Assembly (NCBI GenBank): GCA_020632135.1
Contig: JACKGC010000001.1
Span: 52,241-116,240, forward strand
Reading direction: 5' to 3'
Length of the DNA stretch: 64,000 nt
Origin: Candidatus Nomurabacteria bacterium
GTDB lineage: Bacteria; Patescibacteriota; Minisyncoccia; Phycocordibacterales; UBA918
The notes under the pieces are model-generated. The model saw only the letters and a program-made list of their open reading frames with translations. It did not search any database and was not told the origin of the DNA. Position numbers and translations under genes: made by a program. Numbering within the stretch: position 1 is the first letter of the stretch; each line of letters begins with the position of its first letter. This document shows, one piece after another, positions 19,922-27,071 of this stretch.

Positions 19922-21043
19922 TTACTTGCGTACTACGCGAGCAACGTTTCGGTTTACCACGTTGGTTACGCGACTCCATGAGTCAGCTTTACCAGTTTCA
20001 ATGGTACCTCCTTCACCGCCGTCACCGCCGTCACCGCCGTGTCCGCCAGCTCCGGTGTCACCACCTTCGCCGCCATCACCGCTGTTTCCGCCGTCGCCAG
20101 CTGCTCCAGAGTCACCTCCGACAGCACCGTTACCACCGTCGCCAGCAGTTTGGTTGCCGCCACAGTCATTGCAGCCGCTACCATCTACGTCGCCACGGGC
20201 GTTACCGCCTTCACCGCCTTCACCGCCGTCTCCAGCTTCGCCAGAGTCACCGCCTGAAGCCAGGTTGAAGCTCTTACCGCCTTCACCAGCTTCGTCACCT
20301 CCGCGACCACCGTTACCGGCGTCACCAGCGTCAGCTCCTTCTGAGGTGTTTTCACCTGTGTCAGCGTCTGCTGTAGCTCGGTTAGTTAGATCGACATGAT
20401 TGGTAGTATTGACACGAGCTCGGGTCTCATCGAGATCTGAACCACACTGTCCACTACAACCGTCACGAACAACGTCAACATCATTGCTGTTTACGTCGTT
20501 GTCGATTTCAGAGGTTGCGATCGCGTCACCAGTACCGATGTATCCACCGTTACCGCCGTCGCCACCGTTACCGCCTGAACCGCCTGTACCAGTGTCGCCA
20601 CCGTTACCGCCGTCGCCAGAGTCACCACCGTTACCGGCAGCACCTGACCAACCACCAAGACCGCCTTCACCGCCGTCGCCAGCAGTTTGGTTGCCGTCAA
20701 CTTCTGCATCGTCACCGGTTGTTGCATTTCCGCCGTCGCCACCGTTACCGCCGTCGCCAGCTTCGCCAGAGTCACCGCCAAAAGCAATGTTCCAGCTCTT
20801 GCCGCCGTCGCCAGCATTGTCTCCACCGCGACCACCGTTGCCAGCATCGCCACCGCGACCGCCACGTGAAGTGTTGCCGCCCGTAGATGCTGTAGAAACT
20901 GCAGTGTTAGAGATGTTTGCTGTGTTGGTAGTGTTAATTACCACGGTATCATCTTCGTACGCCGCGGCTGGGAGTGCAAAGATACCGAATGCCATAGCCG
21001 GAAGCAATACTGCTGCCGATGCTTGGTACATGATTTTTGTCAT
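19922..21043 (-). CDS. secreted Gly/Asp/Asn-rich protein with twofold internal repeat (373 aa)
   Basis: Signal peptide MTKIMYQASAAVLLPAMAFGIFALPAAA. Two ~160-aa halves full of GGxGG/GDGG runs, bracketed by TG..N and TGxA...N..N motifs. Confidence 0.7.
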   Translation of the reverse strand: MTKIMYQASAAVLLPAMAFGIFALPAAAYEDDTVVINTTNTANISNTAVSTASTGGNTSRGGRGGDAGNGGRGGDNAGDGGKSWNIAFGGDSGEAGDGGNGGDGGNATTGDDAEVDGNQTAGDGGEGGLGGWSGAAGNGGDSGDGGNGGDTGTGGSGGNGGDGGNGGYIGTGDAIATSEIDNDVNSNDVDVVRDGCSGQCGSDLDETRARVNTTNHVDLTNRATADADTGENTSEGADAGDAGNGGRGGDEAGEGGKSFNLASGGDSGEAGDGGEGGEGGNARGDVDGSGCNDCGGNQTAGDGGNGAVGGDSGAAGDGGNSGDGGEGGDTGAGGHGGDGGDGGEGGTIETGKADSWSRVTNVVNRNVARVVRK

Positions 21044-21479
21044 AATCTTAAAACTTTTTATTAACTTCTAATTCTGAATAATGGTGTTTGCATGCGCAAA
21101 TCCCTGGTCCTGTTGCCATGGGCATCATCGACCTATGGACTGTTATGAGCAACAGTCCACGTGGAAGAACATCAATGTTAGAGAACTGAACTGGCGTACT
21201 CTCACGTGAATCGATGATTGAACAACACTTTCCCTATAAACACACACAAAACGCCCACCTTGGCTAACCAATTGCGGGCGTCTTGAAATATATTATAGAG
21301 GTGTGTTGTGTGTTCAATGTGCACATACAAGTAATTGCACATTGTCGCTCCCCCCACTAACAATGTTTCACTATTCTGAGCCTTATACCACATTTAGTCA
21401 AACGTCAGTTACTCTTACGATATAGAAGTTATCTTTGTCAACATTCTGTACTCTCCTATGGGTTAGAATGTGCAGGGTC

Positions 21480-21560
21480 ATGTAAGCAGACAGGATCGAC
21501 CGGACCAGGGGGAGGTGTGACCGAGGTCACACTTGGCCAGTCGATCCTGTCTGCTTACAT
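21480..21560. other. 81-nt near-perfect hairpin in an 860-bp intergenic region
   Basis: Outer 21-bp perfect arms atgtaagcagacaggatcgac / gtcgatcctgtctgcttacat. Inner stem gtgtgacc/ggtcacac. Confidence 0.6.
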
Positions 21561-21907
21561 TCTAGTTTGTCACGTATAAAATATCTGAGTATTAAAAAAG
21601 GCCCCTCTCCATTAAGGACCTTTCTAGCTAGCTCGATTTATAGCCTAATACACACTATTTTGCAAATTAAATTATACGAGCATGAATGTGCACTGCGCTT
21701 TTATGGCTTACTTGTTCATCCAACATTCCCCGTCGACATGCCGCAGAGACAGCGGGGCGGGTGTTCTGAGTGAATAAAAATTTGGGCTTTTCTATGTTAA
21801 TTGGTTGATGATAGTTCTAGTCTGCACAGCGATCGCCGGCCACTTTTTTCTTCCACGCCCCCACATTGTGTGCTACTATCGCCTAATAAATTAAGGCGAT
21901 TTTTGTT

Positions 21908-24124
21908 ATGGCGGAAAACAACCAACCAAACATCCCGGAGGTCTTTCTCTCTCCGTACAACCCAGAGGCACACGAGGATACCCTCTACGCGATGTGGAAC
22001 GACTCGGGCTACTTCAACCCTGACAACTGCGTCAAAGACGGTATTGCTGATCCTGAGGCCGAGCCATTCTCGATCGTCTTGCCACCACCAAACGTCACCG
22101 GCACCCTCCACATGGGCCACGCCGCCATGCTTGCCATCGAAGACATTCTCGTACGCTACCACCGCATGAAGGGTCACCGCACCCTCTGGCTTCCTGGCAC
22201 CGACTCCGCCGCCATCGCCACACAGTCGAAGGTTGAAAAGATCATCCAGAAGGAAGAAAAGAAGAGTCGCCACGACCTCGGTCGCGAGGAGCTTCTGAGG
22301 CGCGTTGACGCCTTTGCCGAGGAAAGCAAGGAGACCATCATCGGCCAGACCGAGAAAATGGGCTCTAGCCTCGACTGGAGCCGCTACGCGTTCACTCTCG
22401 ACGAGCAGCGCTATCACGCCGTGATGACCGCGTTTGTGAACATGTTCAACGACGGCCTGATCTACCGCGGTGACCGCATCGTCAACTGGGACCCGAAAGG
22501 TCAGACCACTATCTCCGACGATGAGATCGTCTACGAGGAACGCCAAGCCAAGTTGTACACCTTCAAGTACAGCCAAGACTTCCCGATCGCCGTCGCCACC
22601 ACCCGGCCTGAAACGAAGGTGGGCGACACCGCCGTGGCAGTGCACCCAGATGATGAGCGATACAAAAAGTACATCGGCCAAACCTTTGACTTCACTTTCT
22701 GTGATGTGCCGGTGAGCGTTCAGATCGTCGCCGACAGTGAGGTGGATCCGGAGTTTGGCACCGGCGCGGTCGGCGTCACCCCTGCGCACAGCAAAACCGA
22801 CTGGGACATCGCCGACCGCGCCGGCATCACCCGCCGACCGCAAATCATTAACGAGTATGCCAAGATGACAGTTGAAGGCCGCCTCAATAATTTGAAGACG
22901 ACTGTGGCTCGCGAAGAAGTGGTGAAATGGCTTGAGGAAGAAGGCCTCCTCAAAAGCGTCGAGGACATCAAACAAAACGTCTCCACCGCGGAACGCACGG
23001 GCGGCATCATCGAACCCCTCCCGAAGCTGCAGTGGTGGATCAACGTCAATAAAAAATTCACGCAGAAGCATTCTGAGATCCCCGGTATTGAAAGTGGCAG
23101 CGACGTGACCCTCAAGGAACTCATGATCGCTGCGGTTGAAAATGATGGCGTTTCTATTCTTCCTGAACGATTTGAACGTGTGTACTACAACTGGATCACC
23201 AATCTCAACGACTGGTGCATCTCTCGTCAGATCTGGTACGGCCACCGCATTCCAGCTTGGTATAAAGGAGACGAGATGAAAGTCCAGATCGAGTCTCCCG
23301 GTGATGATTGGGAACAAGAATCTGATACGCTCGACACTTGGTTCTCCTCAGGCCTATGGACTTTCTCCACCCTCGGCTGGCCAGAGCAAACTGATGACCT
23401 CAAGACCTACCATCCGACCACCGTGCTCGAGACCGGCTACGACATTCTCTTTTTCTGGGTGGCGCGCATGATCCTCATGAGCGGCTACCACCTTGGCCAA
23501 GTGCCGTTTAAGAACGTCTACCTCCACGGCCTCGTCCGTGATAGCCAAAACCGCAAGATGAGCAAGTCGCTTGGCAACACCCTTGACCCACTTGATATGA
23601 TCGCCAAGTACGGTGCTGACGCCACTCGCCTATCCCTCATTGTCGGCGCCGCGCCCGGCAACGACATGCCACTCTCAGAAGATAAGGTGCGCGCGTACAA
23701 GAAGTTTGCCAACAAACTCTGGAACATCAGCCGCTTTGTACTGACCAGTATCGCAGATGCTGACTGGGAACAAGAACTCCAGCTGAGCGAGCGTGACGAG
23801 GAGATCTTGAAGGAACTGCGGATGAAAATTGCTGAAGTGTCTGAAGATATTGAAAAATTCAGCTTGTATCTCGCAGCCGAAAAAGCCTACCACTACGTCT
23901 GGCATGACTTGGCCGATAAGGTGCTTGAGGAATCAAAGCCAATTCTCAATGGTGCAGATACTGCAGTCAGGTTTGCACGGCAATATGTCCTTAAGGAGTG
24001 TCTTGTAGCATCACTCAAGATGCTGCATCCGTTTATGCCGTTCGTAACCGAAACCGTCTGGCAACATGCACCTGAGGCTATTAAAGACCAAAAACTGCTC
24101 ATGGTAGCCAAGTGGCCAAACTAG
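21908..24124 (+). CDS. valS: valine--tRNA ligase (short form lacking the C-terminal coiled coil)
   Basis: PPPNVTGTLHMGHA (HIGH) and KMSKSLGN (KMSKS) motifs. ValRS-type N-terminus and editing domain. Confidence 0.93.
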   Translation: MAENNQPNIPEVFLSPYNPEAHEDTLYAMWNDSGYFNPDNCVKDGIADPEAEPFSIVLPPPNVTGTLHMGHAAMLAIEDILVRYHRMKGHRTLWLPGTDSAAIATQSKVEKIIQKEEKKSRHDLGREELLRRVDAFAEESKETIIGQTEKMGSSLDWSRYAFTLDEQRYHAVMTAFVNMFNDGLIYRGDRIVNWDPKGQTTISDDEIVYEERQAKLYTFKYSQDFPIAVATTRPETKVGDTAVAVHPDDERYKKYIGQTFDFTFCDVPVSVQIVADSEVDPEFGTGAVGVTPAHSKTDWDIADRAGITRRPQIINEYAKMTVEGRLNNLKTTVAREEVVKWLEEEGLLKSVEDIKQNVSTAERTGGIIEPLPKLQWWINVNKKFTQKHSEIPGIESGSDVTLKELMIAAVENDGVSILPERFERVYYNWITNLNDWCISRQIWYGHRIPAWYKGDEMKVQIESPGDDWEQESDTLDTWFSSGLWTFSTLGWPEQTDDLKTYHPTTVLETGYDILFFWVARMILMSGYHLGQVPFKNVYLHGLVRDSQNRKMSKSLGNTLDPLDMIAKYGADATRLSLIVGAAPGNDMPLSEDKVRAYKKFANKLWNISRFVLTSIADADWEQELQLSERDEEILKELRMKIAEVSEDIEKFSLYLAAEKAYHYVWHDLADKVLEESKPILNGADTAVRFARQYVLKECLVASLKMLHPFMPFVTETVWQHAPEAIKDQKLLMVAKWPN

Positions 24125-24197
24125 CAATGGATTCCTCTCCCCGGCTTTGCGGCCGCGCACCCGAAGGGTGCCCGGCCGTTTGCTACAATAAGACCAC

Positions 24198-24902
24198 ATG
24201 CAATCGACTTACTTTGCCATTGCTTTCCTGGCCGGATTGATCCCCGCGCTGTTTTGGGTGTGGTTTTGGCTGCGTGAAGACAGTCGTAAGCCAGAGCCAT
24301 TATTCTTGATTGCCATCTCTTTCATTGCTGGTATGGCAGTCGTGCCAATGGCCTTACCGCTTCAAAAACTCGCTTTGGAGCTCTACTCTGGTGCCAATAT
24401 CATCGTAGTCTGGGTGATCGTTGAGGAGCTTTTGAAGTACGCAGTGGCGCTGACACTCGTATTCTGGAATCGGGACGTTGACGAACCAATTGACATGGTG
24501 ATTTACCTGATTGTGGTTGCACTCGGCTTTGCGGCTCTTGAAAATGCACTCTTTATCTTTAACCCGCTCGTTGTGGGCGACTACTTCAACTCCGCACTGA
24601 CAGGCAGCTTCCGGTTTATGGGTGCCACTTTGCTTCATGTACTTGCCTCTGGCACAGTGGGCGCCTGTCTCGCATTAGCGTACTATCGCTCCAAAGTGAC
24701 CCAAGTACTCGCCGGCACCCTTGGGTTGTCCATTGCCATCGTATTGCATGCCCTATTTAACTTTTTTATAATGGAACGAAGTGGAGAAACGATCCTGACT
24801 GTCTTCCTGTTCGTTTGGATGGGTATCATCATCCTGTTTCTTCTTTTTGAAAAGATCAAGCTCCTCGAGCGCAACCATAACCTGCAGCAACAAGCATCAT
24901 GA
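24198..24902 (+). CDS. PrsW family intramembrane metalloprotease
   Basis: Polytopic membrane protein with EELLKY and HALFN motifs. Confidence 0.8.
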   Translation: MQSTYFAIAFLAGLIPALFWVWFWLREDSRKPEPLFLIAISFIAGMAVVPMALPLQKLALELYSGANIIVVWVIVEELLKYAVALTLVFWNRDVDEPIDMVIYLIVVALGFAALENALFIFNPLVVGDYFNSALTGSFRFMGATLLHVLASGTVGACLALAYYRSKVTQVLAGTLGLSIAIVLHALFNFFIMERSGETILTVFLFVWMGIIILFLLFEKIKLLERNHNLQQQAS

Positions 24903-25408
24903 AAAAACCCTCATTTTTAGAACGACTCACCGGTGGACAACCAGATGAGTACGACCGCATCCTCGACGACGAACACGAATTTGGTGAAGATGATGACCTC
25001 GCGGTTGAGGAAGACTATCCTGAGGATGAGTCGTGGGAGGGAGAAGACAGTGCCGGGAGCCAGCAAGACGGTGAGCTGCCTGTTGATATGTACCAAACCA
25101 ATGATGACATCGTCATTCGTGCCCTCGTTGCAGGCGTGAGTCCAAATGAGCTTGAGATATCCATCACCCGCGACATGGTGACTGTACGCGGTGTTCGAGA
25201 AGAGTACCAGGAGTCGCAGGACGACGGTTACTTCCACCGTGAACTCTTCTGGGGCAGCTTCTCACGCACACTACTCCTGCCTGAAGAGGTTGCTATCGAC
25301 GAGGCAGAAGCGCAGGAGAAGCATGGCCTACTAGAGATCCGGTTACCAAAACTCGACAAGCACCGCAGTACGCAACTGAAGGTACGCACCAACGCTGGTC
25401 ACAAGTAA
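24899..25408 (+). CDS. Hsp20/alpha-crystallin family small heat-shock protein
   Basis: ACD signature (VDMYQTNDDIVIRALVAGV...GSFSRTLLLPEEV...GLLEIRLPK). 4-nt overlap with the PrsW gene. Confidence 0.88.
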   Translation: MKKPSFLERLTGGQPDEYDRILDDEHEFGEDDDLAVEEDYPEDESWEGEDSAGSQQDGELPVDMYQTNDDIVIRALVAGVSPNELEISITRDMVTVRGVREEYQESQDDGYFHRELFWGSFSRTLLLPEEVAIDEAEAQEKHGLLEIRLPKLDKHRSTQLKVRTNAGHK

Positions 25409-25420
25409 CAACATTTGAGA

Positions 25421-25451
25421 AAGCCGGATCCCTTCAGGATCCGGCTTTTTT
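25421..25451. terminator. bidirectional terminator
   Basis: Stem aagccggatcc/ggatccggctt, then T6. Confidence 0.65.
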
Positions 25452-25457
25452 ACACCA

Positions 25458-25658
25458 TCATTTCAGAATAACCTCCGCAAGCACGTAGGCCGTGAGCACG
25501 CCTTCGCCATTAGCTGGCCTGATATCGACCAGTCGTAGCGGGCGGCCGTCTGGCGTTTTGAACGACTCCGCTTGCGGGAGAACATCCACAATCTCTCCTC
25601 GCAAAGGTTCACCTCTCTTATCGCCATTTCGAAAGTACATTTGGATCTCAGTGTGCAC
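25458..25658 (-). CDS. hypothetical 66-aa protein (paralog of the next gene)
   Basis: ORF from the track. Shares Q.Y..NG...GE....PDGR.LR...I with 25648-25848. Confidence 0.4.
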   Translation of the reverse strand: MHTEIQMYFRNGDKRGEPLRGEIVDVLPQAESFKTPDGRPLRLVDIRPANGEGVLTAYVLAEVILK

Positions 25659-25848
25659 TGGTCACCTCCGTCACGTCAACATAGAACAAGTCACAACGGC
25701 TCGACCCTTCCTGAATGTAGATCTGTGCTGCACGTAACACCCGCCCATCAGGCAGCGGCAAGGGGACGCCATACATCTTTCGAAGCTCCCCCGTTACACA
25801 CTCACGAAAGACACCATTTGGGTAGTACGTTTGATACTGCTCTGCCAT
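25648..25848 (-). CDS. hypothetical 66-aa protein (paralog of the previous gene)
   Basis: ORF from the track. 11-nt overlap with its paralog. Confidence 0.4.
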   Translation of the reverse strand: MAEQYQTYYPNGVFRECVTGELRKMYGVPLPLPDGRVLRAAQIYIQEGSSRCDLFYVDVTEVTSAH

Positions 25849-26000
25849 AAAAGAACCTCTGCGTGTTATCTTGCATACTGAGCACCATTAGACCAGAAAT
25901 CAGTAATTTTACAAGTCCGACTGACTGTGTCGTGAGACGGCAAGTGGCCCCGATGGCTTGCGGTCCTCGGCTCCGCCTGCGGACTTCGTCGCAAGCCACT

Positions 26001-26087
26001 TTCGAATCTGCCCCTGAGCTACAAAACGCAACGACCCAGATGCTTTCGCATCTGGGTCGGCGTTTTGTGCTCAGGGGCAGATTCGAA
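26001..26087. repeat. 87-nt palindrome that includes the 3' 19 nt of tRNA-Phe
   Basis: ttcgaatctgcccctgagc (26001-26019) is the reverse complement of 26069-26087. Inner arms acaaaacgc/gcgttttgt and gacccagatgc/gcatctgggtc. Confidence 0.85.
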
Positions 26088-26141
26088 CTGCCGACACCTG
26101 GTTCTTCAGACCAGTGCTCTAACCAACTGAGCTACCTGAGC
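26068..26141 (-). tRNA. tRNA-Phe (anticodon GAA), no encoded CCA
   Basis: Hand-folded. Acceptor gctcagg/cctgagc, D arm gctc-agttggtta-gagc, anticodon arm ctggt-ctGAAga-accag, T arm ggcag-ttcgaat-ctgcc. 74 nt. Confidence 0.92.
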
Positions 26142-26195
26142 GTTCCGTGTATCGAACGTACGCGCTATTGTACTGGTTTTTAAGAGAATTTCAAT

Positions 26196-26525
26196 CTATT
26201 CAACCACAGATCCTGCGCCAGTATTTCCAGCTTCTGCTCCCCCACCGATCGCTTGGTAAAACTGTTTCCAACCTGGCACTTCCTGCAAGCCACTCTGAAA
26301 GATCTGGAAGGAAGAGCCAAGTGAGGTGAAGTACGGCTCAACCACATAGTAGTACACCACAAACGGCGCACCGATGAGTATAAGTGTCCACGCCACCCGA
26401 AACCAGAACGAAATAAGCGATCGTTTATTCATCTTTTTCAAGAGCTGGTTGTTTTCGGTCAGCAACCGCTGGTTCTCCAGGAGCAGCTCGCGCATCTGCT
26501 TATGTTCATCTGTTTCGGGTAGCAT
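26196..26525 (-). CDS. hypothetical membrane protein (coiled-coil N-terminus + TM)
   Basis: ATG ORF with the hydrophobic segment ISFWFRVAWTLILIGAPFVVYYYVV. Confidence 0.5.
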   Translation of the reverse strand: MLPETDEHKQMRELLLENQRLLTENNQLLKKMNKRSLISFWFRVAWTLILIGAPFVVYYYVVEPYFTSLGSSFQIFQSGLQEVPGWKQFYQAIGGGAEAGNTGAGSVVE

Positions 26526-26606
26526 ACGCTTATTATAGCAAAGTGAGGCGTAGAAATGGGCGAATTATGCTACAGTGATGACGCTCGTCCCCTTTGTGTC
26601 GAGCTT

Positions 26607-27048
26607 GCCCTCGTAGTTCAATGGATAGAACGACTCCGTCCTAAGGAGGAAATCTGGGCTGAAACAGTCTGGGGGACTGTTTCAGAAGGTTGACTGGTAT
26701 TTTATGACGCAAGGAAATAAAATACCGACAACCTGTACTGATCCTGTAAGGATCGATTCCTCAGGGATCGAACCCAGCAACATTACAATTTAAGACGTAT
26801 TGCCCTCGTAGTTCAATGGATAGAACGACTCCGTCCTAAGGAGAAAATCTGGGCTGAAACAGTCTGGGGGACTGTTTCAGAAGGTTGACTGGTATTTTAT
26901 GACGCAAGGAAATAAAATACCGACAACCTGTACTGATCCTGTAAGGATCGATTCCTCAGGGATCGAACCCAGCAACATTACAATTTAAGACGTATTGCCC
27001 TCGTAGTTCAATGGATAGAACGACTCCGTCCTAAGGAGAAAATCTGGG
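26607..27048 (+). repeat. 195-bp tandem repeat x2.27; each unit starts with tRNA-Arg positions 1-52
   Basis: Units 26607-26801 and 26802-26996 differ at 1 nt. The third start (26997) is the intact tRNA. Copies diverge exactly after the 5' T-stem strand ctggg. Confidence 0.9.
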
Positions 27049-27071
27049 TTCGATTCCTGGTGAGGGCACCA
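26997..27071 (+). tRNA. tRNA-Arg (anticodon CCU) with encoded CCA
   Basis: Hand-folded. Acceptor gccctcg/tgagggc, D arm gttc-aatggata-gaac, anticodon loop gtCCTaa, T arm ctggg-ttcgatt-cctgg (two G-U pairs), then A-CCA. Confidence 0.85.

Noticed and set aside
19827-21071. Pro/Ser-rich plus-strand ORFs (190 aa, 223 aa and others)
   Set aside because: They are antisense to the Gly-rich gene: GGN/GCC repeats read as CCN on the other strand. Only the minus-strand frame has a signal peptide, an SD and a position in the operon.
21480-21560. SRP (4.5S) RNA
   Set aside because: A long hairpin with GGUCCGG- and GCCAAG-like strings suggested SRP helix 8. However, the motifs are in the wrong 5'-3' order on either strand, and the apical loop is not GNRA/GGAA.
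21797-23317. 506-aa ORF on the minus strand
   Set aside because: It lies entirely antisense to valS, which has unambiguous HIGH/KMSKS motifs. It is a low-complexity shadow ORF.
25863-26183. 106-aa plus-strand ORF
   Set aside because: It overlaps tRNA-Phe and the palindrome. It is an artefact.
26607-27048. Possible CRISPR array
   Set aside because: The units are 195 bp, directly abutting, with no unique spacers, and they begin with a tRNA fragment. This is a tandem repeat, not repeat-spacer architecture. No cas genes are in the window.
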